Of a DNA stretch of 64,000 nucleotides, positions 54,036 to 63,338 are shown one piece after another. A model generated the notes under the pieces. It saw only the letters and a list, made by a program, of their open reading frames with translations, was not told the origin of the DNA and did no database searches. Within the stretch, counting starts at the first letter, position 1, and every line of letters begins with the position of its first letter. Origin of the DNA: an uncultured Veillonellaceae bacterium (GTDB lineage: Bacteria; Bacillota; Negativicutes; JARBTT01); NCBI GenBank assembly GCA_963805085.1, contig CAWDTA010000002.1:2016001-2080000 (forward strand), in the 5' to 3' direction. The translations under genes and the position numbers were made by a program.

Positions 54036-54248
54036 TACTATAAAAGTGTGAACACTAAATGAAAGAATTTAGTCGTTCACACTTATTTTTATTATAATAA
54101 GTGGAGTATATGGTCAGACGTCCGGTTCTGTGGATTTCGCATCCGTGAGACAAACAGTCTGCCATCCACTAGTTATAAATCTTTGATTAAGCAGGTTGGA
54201 ACCACTTATTGGCTTTCGTGTAACGGACTAAAATGAAGAGTAATAAGG

Positions 54249-54699
54249 GAAACATGGGGACAGGGATTATGTTTTCTATGATACATCAGATCATTCAAGA
54301 CAGCTGGCTCTATAGGGAAGGTAAGGAGATCATTGATCTCCTTTAATTTTTACCAGACTTCTTATAATAGATCCTAGGGTGATTGTCAGCGCTGCAACCA
54401 CAATAATCAGTGTAAACTCATTCGTATATTGTATATGTAATTCTACAGCTGCCAATGTTATCAAAATTAAAGTATATATTCCCATAATGTTATTGGGCCA
54501 TGGGGATAGAATATATTCTTCCGAACCCAATAAAATTCACCTACCTTTCTTTTATGTATATCCTACGCAGCTTCATTGCTTTCTGCGCTTATCCGACTGC
54601 ATTTTGGGGGTGCCTATGAAACATGGGGACAGGGATTATGTTTACTAGAAAAGAAGTAAAACAAGCCCCCTGTCCCCATGTTTTCTGTCCCCATGTTTT
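54249..54699. repeat. REP-like family 2 cluster
   Basis: GAAACATGGGGACAGGGATTATGTTT at 54249 and 54618, inverted AAACAAGCCCCCTGTCCCCATGTTTT at about 54659, and CTGTCCCCATGTTTT x2. Confidence 0.8.
54330..54530 (-). CDS. Small two-TM hypothetical protein between family 2 direct repeats
   Basis: SD AAAGGTAGGTG upstream on the minus strand. Hydrophobic 66-aa ORF. Confidence 0.45.
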   Translation of the reverse strand: MGSEEYILSPWPNNIMGIYTLILITLAAVELHIQYTNEFTLIIVVAALTITLGSIIRSLVKIKGDQ

Positions 54700-54900
54700 T
54701 GTGGAAATGAAAAAGAGATTTCTACAAAGTTAGAAGGATGGAATTATGTTGAATCTGAGGAAGATATGCTTACTTTTATGGAAACATTTAACGTATTTCA
54801 TGATTCTTTATTAAGAAATTTAAATTACATAATTAAATTACATAAGTGGTTCTGGAAAAGGTGAAAAAGGAATTAATGTCACATCCACATCGCTGCCCAC

Positions 54901-55224
54901 TTATACCATATGTTGCTCTCCCCATCGAAACATGAGTTCCAATATTGGGATTAGCGTTTTTCCTTCTTCAGTCAGCCAATATTCAACTTTGGGCGGAACT
55001 TGGTTGTATTGTTCTCTATGAATTAGTTGGCTTTTCTCCAATTCTTTTAGTTGATGACTTAATGTCTTATGTGCTATCGGTTGTAATGTATCTTTTAATT
55101 TATTATATCTTATTATCTTGGCCTTATGTATTTCCCATAATATAATCCATTTCCATTTTCCTTCAAGAATAGATATTGTATAATACATTGGACATTTTTT
55201 GTATTTCTCATCAAAATTCTCCAT
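54901..55224 (-). CDS. HxlR-family winged-helix regulator
   Basis: CPM...I.EGKWK..IL, LS.QLKELE, YNQVPPKVEYWLT..G. Confidence 0.9.
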   Translation of the reverse strand: MENFDEKYKKCPMYYTISILEGKWKWIILWEIHKAKIIRYNKLKDTLQPIAHKTLSHQLKELEKSQLIHREQYNQVPPKVEYWLTEEGKTLIPILELMFRWGEQHMV

Positions 55225-55346
55225 GATAGACTCCTTTACTCACCTTTGGGTTAGTATCTAACAAACTTGTGCATACTATACTCATTGCCCATAATGATAT
55301 ACAATGCAGTACATAAAGTCAAAATAAATGAGAGGTGTGATACAAA

Positions 55347-56144
55347 ATGAATTTAATTACCGTTGATCAGGAAAAGTGCATACAATGCGGGATTTGCGCG
55401 GCAGAATGCCCGACTGTAGTCTTACATATGGGAGAAAAGGGACCGGAGGCGGTTAACCCAGATTACTGCATGGCCTGTGGGCATTGTGTAGCTGTGTGTC
55501 CTCATGCCGCTATTAACAATACACTGACACCGCTGGACCATCAGCTTGCTATAACAGAATTTCCTGTGTTGAACAAGGAATCCGCCGGGCGTTTTCTTCG
55601 GTCGCGCCGCTCCATTCGTTCCTATAAGAAAACGCCTGCGTCCCGGGAACAGCTGCGAGAGCTTGTCGAAATGGCCCGGATGGCTCCCACAGGAAGCAAT
55701 CGGCAGGGTGTATCCTATATTATTGTTGAAGACGGAGAAATTGTTGAGAAGGCCGCTGTGGTGATAATCGAATGGTTGGAAAAAAATCTAACACACCCGT
55801 ATTTTAGCGTTTTTATCCAGGAATTCCGGGAAAAGGGTATTGACACCATTCTACGCGGCGCGCCGCATCTTATTTTGGCAATTTCCGCCTTGGATTTTAA
55901 GCAAGGTCGTGAAAATTCCATCTTTTCGCTGGCATACCTAGAGCTATATGCACCTGCTCTTGGATTAGGTTCTTGCTGGGCAGGAATTTTTGAGATGTGT
56001 GCTTTTAGCGGTCATGAGCCGTTACTGAAGTTATTCAACATTCCCGAAGGTAAAAAGATAACTGGAGCCGTTATGGTTGGCTATCCCAAATACCGTTATC
56101 AGAGACTGACAGACCGCAATCCATTGGAAGTTGCCTTTTTGTAA
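55347..56144 (+). CDS. Nitroreductase with N-terminal 2x[4Fe-4S] domain
   Basis: Two CxxCxxCxxxCP motifs, RRSIRSY, APTGSNRQ, GLGSCWAG. Confidence 0.92.
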   Translation: MNLITVDQEKCIQCGICAAECPTVVLHMGEKGPEAVNPDYCMACGHCVAVCPHAAINNTLTPLDHQLAITEFPVLNKESAGRFLRSRRSIRSYKKTPASREQLRELVEMARMAPTGSNRQGVSYIIVEDGEIVEKAAVVIIEWLEKNLTHPYFSVFIQEFREKGIDTILRGAPHLILAISALDFKQGRENSIFSLAYLELYAPALGLGSCWAGIFEMCAFSGHEPLLKLFNIPEGKKITGAVMVGYPKYRYQRLTDRNPLEVAFL

Positions 56145-56297
56145 ACGAGAGGCGAAAGGTAGTCTAAATTCCTTACTAATTTCAAACAGACGTTTTTTAA
56201 CGTTACAGATCGTAGACCAAAGGTACTTTACGTAAAGAGTAAAGTACCTTTGGAATTGCAAAATTCAAATTTTTTAAAGAAACTGATGTGTATTTAA

Positions 56298-56320
56298 GAC
56301 ATAGTGACGGTTCTTGTGTC
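56298..56320 (+). repeat. REP-like site, family 1
   Basis: GACATAGTGACGGTTCTTGTGTC. Confidence 0.78.
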
Positions 56321-56498
56321 TAAAAGAAGGATACAAAAGAATGAATTATTAAACAAATGGAGCATGTACAAATTCAAAAAAAACCTGAATTGTACATGCT
56401 CTATTTGTTTATTTCTGATTTGTCCGTTCTACCAACGAGGTAATCAAGCGAAACATCAAAGTGATTAGCTAAAGCAAGAAGAACCTGTCCTTGTTATT

Positions 56499-56699
56499 TT
56501 ATAATTTATCTACATTAATGTTATTGAGCTGTTCTTTTGATTCTTGGTCTTTCAAATAAAAAGCAATTGCGCATTCTATTTCTTTGGCTGTTGATCTTCT
56601 GTTCTTTTTAGCTGATTCTGCAAGTTCGTTAAATAAATCGCCATTCATTCGTAATGTAAAACGTTTTTCTTCCATTTTTAGCAAGCGTCCTTTCGACAT
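56499..56699 (-). CDS. Arc-like ribbon-helix-helix regulator
   Basis: KRFTLRM..DL..EL...AKKNRRS..KEI. Repeated TGACATCA/TGATGTCA boxes upstream (56705-56798). Confidence 0.78.
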   Translation of the reverse strand: MSKGRLLKMEEKRFTLRMNGDLFNELAESAKKNRRSTAKEIECAIAFYLKDQESKEQLNNINVDKL

Positions 56700-56999
56700 T
56701 GATTTGACATCATTATAAAGTAAAAGCGTACATTTCTATTATGACTATTGATGTCATAATGACAATGTGGTAGTATGACATCAATAATATGTGACGTCGA
56801 AATTAAGACAAATAATAAAGCAAACTTACTTCTTAGTATATCTTAAAATAAAAATCTATATAAACTTAATTATACCCGAAATTGGATATAGTTCCTAGAA
56901 AGATTAAAAAAATGATAAAATTTAAGCTTGTATTATCTGTACCTGTACATAAAAACTCTAGTAATTAATAACCAAATAATAATTGGAGGGATATTTACT

Positions 57000-57293
57000 A
57001 TGGTAAAGAGTGTGTTTGATTTGTTGGCTTCTACGATAAAGCATGAAAAATTGGTTGATTTACAATTGGAGAAATATTCTAGTGAGTATTATTATGCGAA
57101 TAAAAAAGTTCTTGCATATCAGAAAAAAATCAAGAGTGCATTGCCATTGGAGTTGCAGGAAACTTTGATAGGGCTTGATGATGAATATAGTAGTATGCTG
57201 AGCAGCGGAATGGACATATATTATCGGCAAGGATTTTCCGATGCAGTCCGGCTGATAATGGAGACGTTAACTTGGGGGCCGACGCGGAGTTGA
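57000..57293 (+). CDS. orfX copy 3
   Basis: Near-identical to copies 1 and 2, with the same upstream block. Confidence 0.72.
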   Translation: MVKSVFDLLASTIKHEKLVDLQLEKYSSEYYYANKKVLAYQKKIKSALPLELQETLIGLDDEYSSMLSSGMDIYYRQGFSDAVRLIMETLTWGPTRS

Positions 57294-57594
57294 AAGTGAT
57301 ACATATTTAGTAATTAAAATAGAAAAAATAAAGAAAAGAGCACTAATATTGCATAGCACTTTTTGCTTTAAGTATGTTGGAAATGAGTCGGAGAATTGGA
57401 ATTGCCTGCAAACCGTCTTTGCGATTTCTCCTAGGCAGCTTTGAAATCCCCTTTCCTAGAATTATAGGTATATAACGCAGGGGAAAATGACAAAACTATG
57501 AGAATGATAAATGAACAGCAATGCAAAAAAGGATGCATACTGATTCTATTAGTATATTGAGTCGAATCTTATTCCTAATCTAGGAGGATCGTTT

Positions 57595-58563
57595 ATGCCA
57601 AAAGAGATAACGCACTGGGCGATTGCAACGACAGCAAGAAAAAACGTACATTATAAACGTATCAAATGCGTAATTGATGAGAACTATGCCTCGTTTTTAG
57701 CCGGAGCAGTTGCCTATGATATTCCGTACTATTCTAGAGGCAAATCTTCTCGCATTTTGGCGAAAAAGGCTGCTGAACTCCACGGGGTAGAAACATGCAA
57801 AGTATGGAAACCTATAATAAATTTACTCCAGAACTATTCGATAGACGAAGATGGTGGCATTCCTGATGTTATGCTTTCCTTTATACTAGGTTGTATTAGC
57901 CATGTTATTATTGATAGCTGCTATCATCCTTTTATTTATTACTTTACAGGAAATAATTATGACGAAGATATCCATAAAAGAAACAAAGCGGTATTTAAAC
58001 ATCGGCAATTTGAGTCTCACTTAGACTTGTATTATCTACGAAAGCTTAACTACACTGGACCCACCAGCGCAAAATATATATTCAGTCAATTACGAGGTTC
58101 GATAATGACTGATTTTTTATCGTTATTGTATTTCAGTAATGATGTTAATAAGAGAATCGAAATGACGCAGGAATGCTTAAATGACTATATAAAGACCCAG
58201 GGGTTATTCAATAATAAGATTTTGAAGTATGCGCTGAAACTTTTAGGTATCGTAAATGTGGAAATGAGGAAACGTAGTGCATTATTTTATCCTAAGACCA
58301 TTGATACCGCATACTATCGACTGTTTGAGAATAACAGTCAATACAGACATCCTGCTTCTGGGGAATTAATCGAAGCCTCTCTTGATACGATTTACAACAA
58401 GTGTATTACTGATATAGTATCAAGTTTTTCCAAACTCGACTGTTGCAGGACTCGAAATGAATATATTGAAACCATCCGTAGGTTTTCTGAGGTATCGTTA
58501 GAGAGTGGAAAGGAATGTACAAGTCCTTCATTAATGAAATACTTTTCGGATAATTCTAGATAA
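57595..58563 (+). CDS. Zinc-dependent phospholipase C-family-like protein
   Basis: N-terminal MP...THW, GA..YD, LHG, SH...D...HPFIY, H..FE..LD. Confidence 0.68.
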   Translation: MPKEITHWAIATTARKNVHYKRIKCVIDENYASFLAGAVAYDIPYYSRGKSSRILAKKAAELHGVETCKVWKPIINLLQNYSIDEDGGIPDVMLSFILGCISHVIIDSCYHPFIYYFTGNNYDEDIHKRNKAVFKHRQFESHLDLYYLRKLNYTGPTSAKYIFSQLRGSIMTDFLSLLYFSNDVNKRIEMTQECLNDYIKTQGLFNNKILKYALKLLGIVNVEMRKRSALFYPKTIDTAYYRLFENNSQYRHPASGELIEASLDTIYNKCITDIVSSFSKLDCCRTRNEYIETIRRFSEVSLESGKECTSPSLMKYFSDNSR

Positions 58564-58832
58564 AATCGGCAAAGTAGGTTTTTAGTTGCTGCCGAAACTT
58601 CACTTTCTGGCAATATTCATGGAATGTCGGTAGCGGTGAGCTTAGGCAGTGGTCATGAACGATTGACGGTAATTGGAGGTACCGAAGCCAAGCTAGATCT
58701 AGGGGTGTCAAGATTGAAATTCGGGATTTGGCCCCTGGGAGAAGAGTCTACTTTCCGCGATATAAATACTGCTTAAGCTAGCCTATAATATGTAATTTAA
58801 TGCTATTTTGTTATTCAGAAAGGAGTAGCATC

Positions 58833-59513
58833 TTGAAAAAACTATTTATTGCGAGCCTCATTTTAAACTTGCTTATAATACCAACGTGTATAGTAATTTT
58901 AGTGAGAAATCATTACCCAAAACAAACTACAACAACGATAATGGAATCAGACAATTATAAATACAGACTTGATATGTTTAACACTTTGCCAATGGAAAAG
59001 CAAAGTATTGTATTTTTAGGTGATAGTCATACAGAGCGTTGCGAGTGGGCAGAACTTTTTCAGAATTCAGATATAATTAACAGAGGAATTGATGGTGACA
59101 CTACCGAAGGTTTATTCAGTAGAGTCCATAATATAACAATATTAAAGCCTAATAAGATTTTTATTATGATTGGCGTTAATGATATTTTAGCTCATACCCC
59201 TTCAGTAACAACAATAGAAAATTACAGACAAGTGATAGAAGCGATTAGCTGGGAATCGCCTAATACTAAAATATACCTACAAAGCGTACTACCAATATCC
59301 GAATCTATAAATAAAGAAGCAAACGCTGATATCGTAGCTTTCAATAACGAAATACAAAAATTGGCACAAACTTATAATGTCACATACATTAATCTGTATG
59401 ATAAATTTTATACACGAGACGGACTAAACGAAGCATTAAATTATGATGGACTACACCTAAATGGAAAAGGATATTTATTGTGGCGTGAACTTATAACAAA
59501 TTATATAGAATAA
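58833..59513 (+). CDS. SGNH/GDSL-family esterase
   Basis: FLGDS, NRGIDG, IGVND, DGLHLN. N-terminal membrane anchor. Confidence 0.88.
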   Translation: MKKLFIASLILNLLIIPTCIVILVRNHYPKQTTTTIMESDNYKYRLDMFNTLPMEKQSIVFLGDSHTERCEWAELFQNSDIINRGIDGDTTEGLFSRVHNITILKPNKIFIMIGVNDILAHTPSVTTIENYRQVIEAISWESPNTKIYLQSVLPISESINKEANADIVAFNNEIQKLAQTYNVTYINLYDKFYTRDGLNEALNYDGLHLNGKGYLLWRELITNYIE

Positions 59514-59720
59514 AAAACGGTTTTTTTTATACTTTATAAACACTCGTAGATGTAATTCCTTCGACACGTTATAGATTCTTCTAACAAGTCATTAAACTCG
59601 ATTGTTATATAAGAAAGTTCGATGATAAACACTAATAGGATGGAGCTCTAACTAAATGTTTCTTTTATAATCGATACGGAGAATCGTATATTGAAAAGGG
59701 GGGATTTTCAAGGTCGCGGA

Positions 59721-59733
59721 TCGCCTCCACCAA
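59721..59733 (+). repeat. Copy of the tmRNA 3' end (attR-like)
   Basis: TCGCCTCCACCAA is identical to 19963-19975. The downstream GTGAATATGAAATA resembles TTAAATACTGAAATA. Confidence 0.6.
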
Positions 59734-59829
59734 GTGAATATGAAATATGGAATATTGCTGGAATATATAAAGTGAGCCGTTAAGACTGATAAGGTCTTAA
59801 CGGATTTTGACGTTTATAGTACGCTTACA

Positions 59830-60264
59830 TTGGAGGGGTATTTATTATGGTAAAGAGTGTGTTTGATTTGTTGGCTTCTACGATGGAACATGAAAATTCG
59901 TTCATACATGAACTGTTACAGTTTTTGTATGACCAAATGACGAAAATTTTATAATAAGCAAAAAATCCAGCTGAACATAGAAGTTAGCTGGATTTTTATT
60001 ATAATACTTACTTTTTTTTGACACAAAATCATCGTTTTCTGACACCATCTTTACGGTAAATCATGTTAATATCAAGGTGAAAATAATTATGAAGGCGATG
60101 ACGATGATGGATTTTAAAAGCTCTTCACAGGCGAGTCATTCGATAGTCTTATTATCAATTTTAAAAGGAAGATGAATGTTGTGACAGAGGCCTTACCTCT
60201 CTTTACATTTTGTTTAGGATTTTGCATTGGCTTATTGTTGTGGCCAAAACTTATAGGATTTAAA
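59830..60264 (+). repeat. Duplicate of 44133-44837 with most of orfX deleted
   Basis: The orfX 5' fragment (ATG 59847) is fused to the block starting AAATTCGTTCATACATG that matches 44469 onward. Confidence 0.85.
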
Positions 60265-60300
60265 AAAATAACCGCTACTCTCGTCGAAATAAAGTGTTAG
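60181..60300 (+). CDS. Family B peptide copy extended into the family A hairpin
   Basis: MTEALPLFTFCLGFCIGLLLWPKLIGFKKITATLVEIKC. Confidence 0.4.
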   Translation: MTEALPLFTFCLGFCIGLLLWPKLIGFKKITATLVEIKC

Positions 60301-60424
60301 CGGTTATTTTGATATAAATTTAGCCTAAGCCTTTGTCAGACGACCGTTTCCAGTACGTCTTTTTATATTTTTATCTTATAACAGGCAAAGTATACTGTCA
60401 AGAGGATTTAGGATTTAGGCTTTA

Positions 60425-60447
60425 GACAGAGTGACGGTTCTTGTGTC
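60425..60447 (+). repeat. REP-like site, family 1
   Basis: GACAGAGTGACGGTTCTTGTGTC, preceded by GGATTTA-GGATTTA-GGCTTTA. Confidence 0.78.
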
Positions 60448-60477
60448 TAAAATAAGGATACAAAAAAATGAATTATT

Positions 60478-60758
60478 AAACAAATGGAGCATGTAAAATT
60501 CAAGAATAACCTGAATTTCACATGCTCTATTTGTTTATTTCTGATTTGTCCGTTCTACCAACGAGGTAATCAAGTGAAGAATGACATTTTTCGCGAATGA
60601 AAAGGCTTGAAGTATTAATTATTTTTATGTTTGTTTTTTTTATATGCTAAAAACTAAATTCTAATGCCGTTTGTAGCTTAATCTTGTCCTCGGTATCAAG
60701 GTGATAAATCTCATCATCGAATATAATTTCTGCTTGATCAAGGAACATTGCCAAGTCC
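60478..60758 (-). pseudogene. 3' remnants of two XRE genes
   Basis: Matches 45438-45718 (hairpin, xre tail and C-terminal half of the ImmR-like gene). Confidence 0.75.
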
Positions 60759-60801
60759 GATTCTGAAGATATAAACAGCTAGCTACCTGAAACGATTCAA
60801 G

Positions 60802-62844
60802 TTACTTGGACGGCGCGCAATCAAATAATTGTCGTGAGCGTAAGGCAAACATTGCAGTAGCAGGCTGCTGAACATCTGTATCTGTCGATGCATCAGTGGG
60901 CTGGGGCTCTTGCCAAAGTTCAGAAGGCACTTCTTTGCCATGAGAAGTAATCCAAGTATTTAATTCTGGCTGTGATTTAGTGAACATGGAAGAAATCAGA
61001 ACGTAACGTACTTTACCCTCGTTTACCATCTGCTCGAAATCCGCAGCAGAAAGAATATGTTCCATGCCCACAAATCCACCGATAGCCATAACAGCTTGGC
61101 CCGTATCTAGGATAAATTGGGAAGCTTCGTTAGCATTGCTTACTGCTAAAAAAAACTTTTCCCCGTTCTTATTATCCATTAAGAACTTTTCAAGTTTAAC
61201 TGTATCGGAATCCCTATTACTACTACTTGACAGCTTAGGCATAGCCATACCCCGGACGTTTTGTTGTACTACTTTGGGATCAAGGTCTGGGCCAGCGTAG
61301 GGAAGAACCGAACTACCGCCGTAAATGATTGGGGTCAATGCCCAGACTACCTGAGGAATAAAGACTGTAATGACTGCAATCGCCATCGATGTACGCAGCA
61401 AAGTAGGTCGGCGCAGCGCGTATAGCAGCAAACTCAGAGCAATTATACTAGCGAATCCGAGCACTGGAAGTAGCCAGTATCGCCATTCATCAAACTGCCA
61501 GACCATCGCTGCCTCAACCGCCAGATTTAACGTTAATGCTAACGGTATGAACCAGCGATTACGGCTACTTGGCTGAAATATGTCAAAGAGTTCTTTTAGC
61601 CCAATACCAACTAAGGCTGCTAACGCTGGAGCCATCATTACAAGATAATATCGGTGATAATCCACTGCAATACTAAAGAAAATTAATTGTGGCAGCAACC
61701 ATCCCCCCCAGAGAAGCAGGGAAATCGTCTTAGCTCGCCCATTAGAGGAATAATCAGACCGCCTCTGCATCGCGCCCGTAAAGAAACCGATTAGGCCCAA
61801 AGGCAAAAGCCAGCTGATTTGTCCACCGATTTGACGTTGAAATAACCTTAAGATACCCGGATTTCCAGTCTCAAAAGAGAAAGAGGCCACTCCGTCTCCA
61901 ATTGAACTCGGTCCACCAAAACCGTCAGCTATTGGCATTGGACCTGGTGTCCCCGGACCGCCTGCAGGATTCGATACTGTTGGTCCAGATGCAGTCCCAC
62001 TTGTATTTCCAGATACTGGTGCACGACTTTGTGGTGTAACTCCCGGTATCTGTACACCTTTGCCAAGGAAATGCATAAGACCATTGTAACCGGTTGCCAA
62101 TTCCAATTCAGAATTAGTTTCACTGCTGCCGACATAGGGACGCTGGCTTTCCGGAGTCAGATCAACTAATAGTGACCACGATAAGGCCACCACCACCAGC
62201 AGCACCGTAGCTCCCCCCAGATTCAATAATCTGTATATTACACTGCGTCCTCCAGCTACAAGGTAAACTAGCCATAAGGCTGGCAAAACAAGAAAAGCTT
62301 CCAACGTCTTGATATTATAGGCTAGCCCCAAGATAAACATGGAAAGATAAAGCCATCTGATCTCATTCCGTTCGACCGCGATAATCATGGCCCAGGCAGC
62401 GAACAGTACCGTCATTGTCAGAAGACTATCAATCGTATTATTACGATTGGCCGCTACTGCTATTGGCATCACTGCTAGGGTAAATGCTGCCGACAACCCG
62501 GCTTTGTTTCCCCAATGACGTTTCACAAGATAGTAGATAATCGCCACTGATAGTATCCCGGCCAGACCTTGTGGAAAAATAATACTCCATCCGTAAAAAC
62601 CGAAAAAATAGGCGCTGAGGGTCTGTAGCCAAAAGCCCAATGGTGGTTTATCCACGGAAATGAAGCCCCCAGGATCAAAAGAGACAAAAAATAAATTGTG
62701 AGTATTCATCAGCATACTCTTAATACTTGCGGCGTAGTATAAATTGGCAAAGCCCTCTTGATTGATTCGCAAGAAATTCATTAATGCTGCTAATAACAGT
62801 ATCGAAATAAGCCATACTTTATCCTGAGATTCTCTTTTTATCAT
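60802..62844 (-). CDS. ArnT/PMT-family (GT-C) membrane glycosyltransferase
   Basis: N.YYAASIKSM, FDPGGFISVDKPP, NTIDS, EL..GYNG, Gly/Pro-rich loop, VMAIGGF.G. Confidence 0.85.
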   Translation of the reverse strand: MIKRESQDKVWLISILLLAALMNFLRINQEGFANLYYAASIKSMLMNTHNLFFVSFDPGGFISVDKPPLGFWLQTLSAYFFGFYGWSIIFPQGLAGILSVAIIYYLVKRHWGNKAGLSAAFTLAVMPIAVAANRNNTIDSLLTMTVLFAAWAMIIAVERNEIRWLYLSMFILGLAYNIKTLEAFLVLPALWLVYLVAGGRSVIYRLLNLGGATVLLVVVALSWSLLVDLTPESQRPYVGSSETNSELELATGYNGLMHFLGKGVQIPGVTPQSRAPVSGNTSGTASGPTVSNPAGGPGTPGPMPIADGFGGPSSIGDGVASFSFETGNPGILRLFQRQIGGQISWLLPLGLIGFFTGAMQRRSDYSSNGRAKTISLLLWGGWLLPQLIFFSIAVDYHRYYLVMMAPALAALVGIGLKELFDIFQPSSRNRWFIPLALTLNLAVEAAMVWQFDEWRYWLLPVLGFASIIALSLLLYALRRPTLLRTSMAIAVITVFIPQVVWALTPIIYGGSSVLPYAGPDLDPKVVQQNVRGMAMPKLSSSSNRDSDTVKLEKFLMDNKNGEKFFLAVSNANEASQFILDTGQAVMAIGGFVGMEHILSAADFEQMVNEGKVRYVLISSMFTKSQPELNTWITSHGKEVPSELWQEPQPTDASTDTDVQQPATAMFALRSRQLFDCAPSK

Positions 62845-62963
62845 ATTATTTGCCTCCTTTGTACATATATAGTGTTAGCAAAACCATTTATTTTACCCTA
62901 GTGATTTACAAAAACTTTAGATTAAAAACAAAAAATGTGCATACTAAATGCGTCAATATAAAT

Positions 62964-63006
62964 TAATCTGACCCCAAAAAGTTAGACAAAAATTTATTAA
63001 GCAACT
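62964..63006. mobile_element. Isolated IS3-family terminal repeat remnant
   Basis: CTGACCCCAAAAAGTTAGACA resembles IS3/IS150-group ends. No transposase is adjacent. Confidence 0.45.
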
Positions 63007-63338
63007 ACTCTTCGGGAGATTCTAACTCTGAAGGTTGCCACTGTGAAGTATGGATTCTTGTCATTGAGAAAGAGTAGATGTAAAGGCTGATTTTTTGATT
63101 TGATTAGTACACATTAGATAAAGTATATTTCTATATTGACTTATTGTTGACAATCCATATGGTCTTTTAATGTATGATTGGTTCCTCGTGGCATTTGCCT
63201 ATTTCTTAATGATTTAACAGTTATCCCTTTAACGTTTATGATGGTCTATCAATTCTCTGCATTATGAAAAATTTTTCCTGGAGCGTATAAGCACACCCGA
63301 ACATATAATACATGACTTGAGAGGGGGGATATTGTCAA

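Larger units (their letters stand above)
19963..59733. mobile_element. Putative tmRNA-anchored genomic island (degraded, no integrase seen)
   Basis: TCGCCTCCACCAA occurs at the tmRNA 3' end (19963-19975) and again at 59721-59733. The interval is mosaic and rich in pseudogenes and mobile remnants. Confidence 0.55.

Noticed and set aside
28081-60447. REP-like sites as CRISPR repeats or classical attC sites
   Set aside because: Spacing is irregular (tens of bp to 9 kb) and both orientations occur. There are no RYYYAAC/GTTRRRY boxes and no IntI gene.
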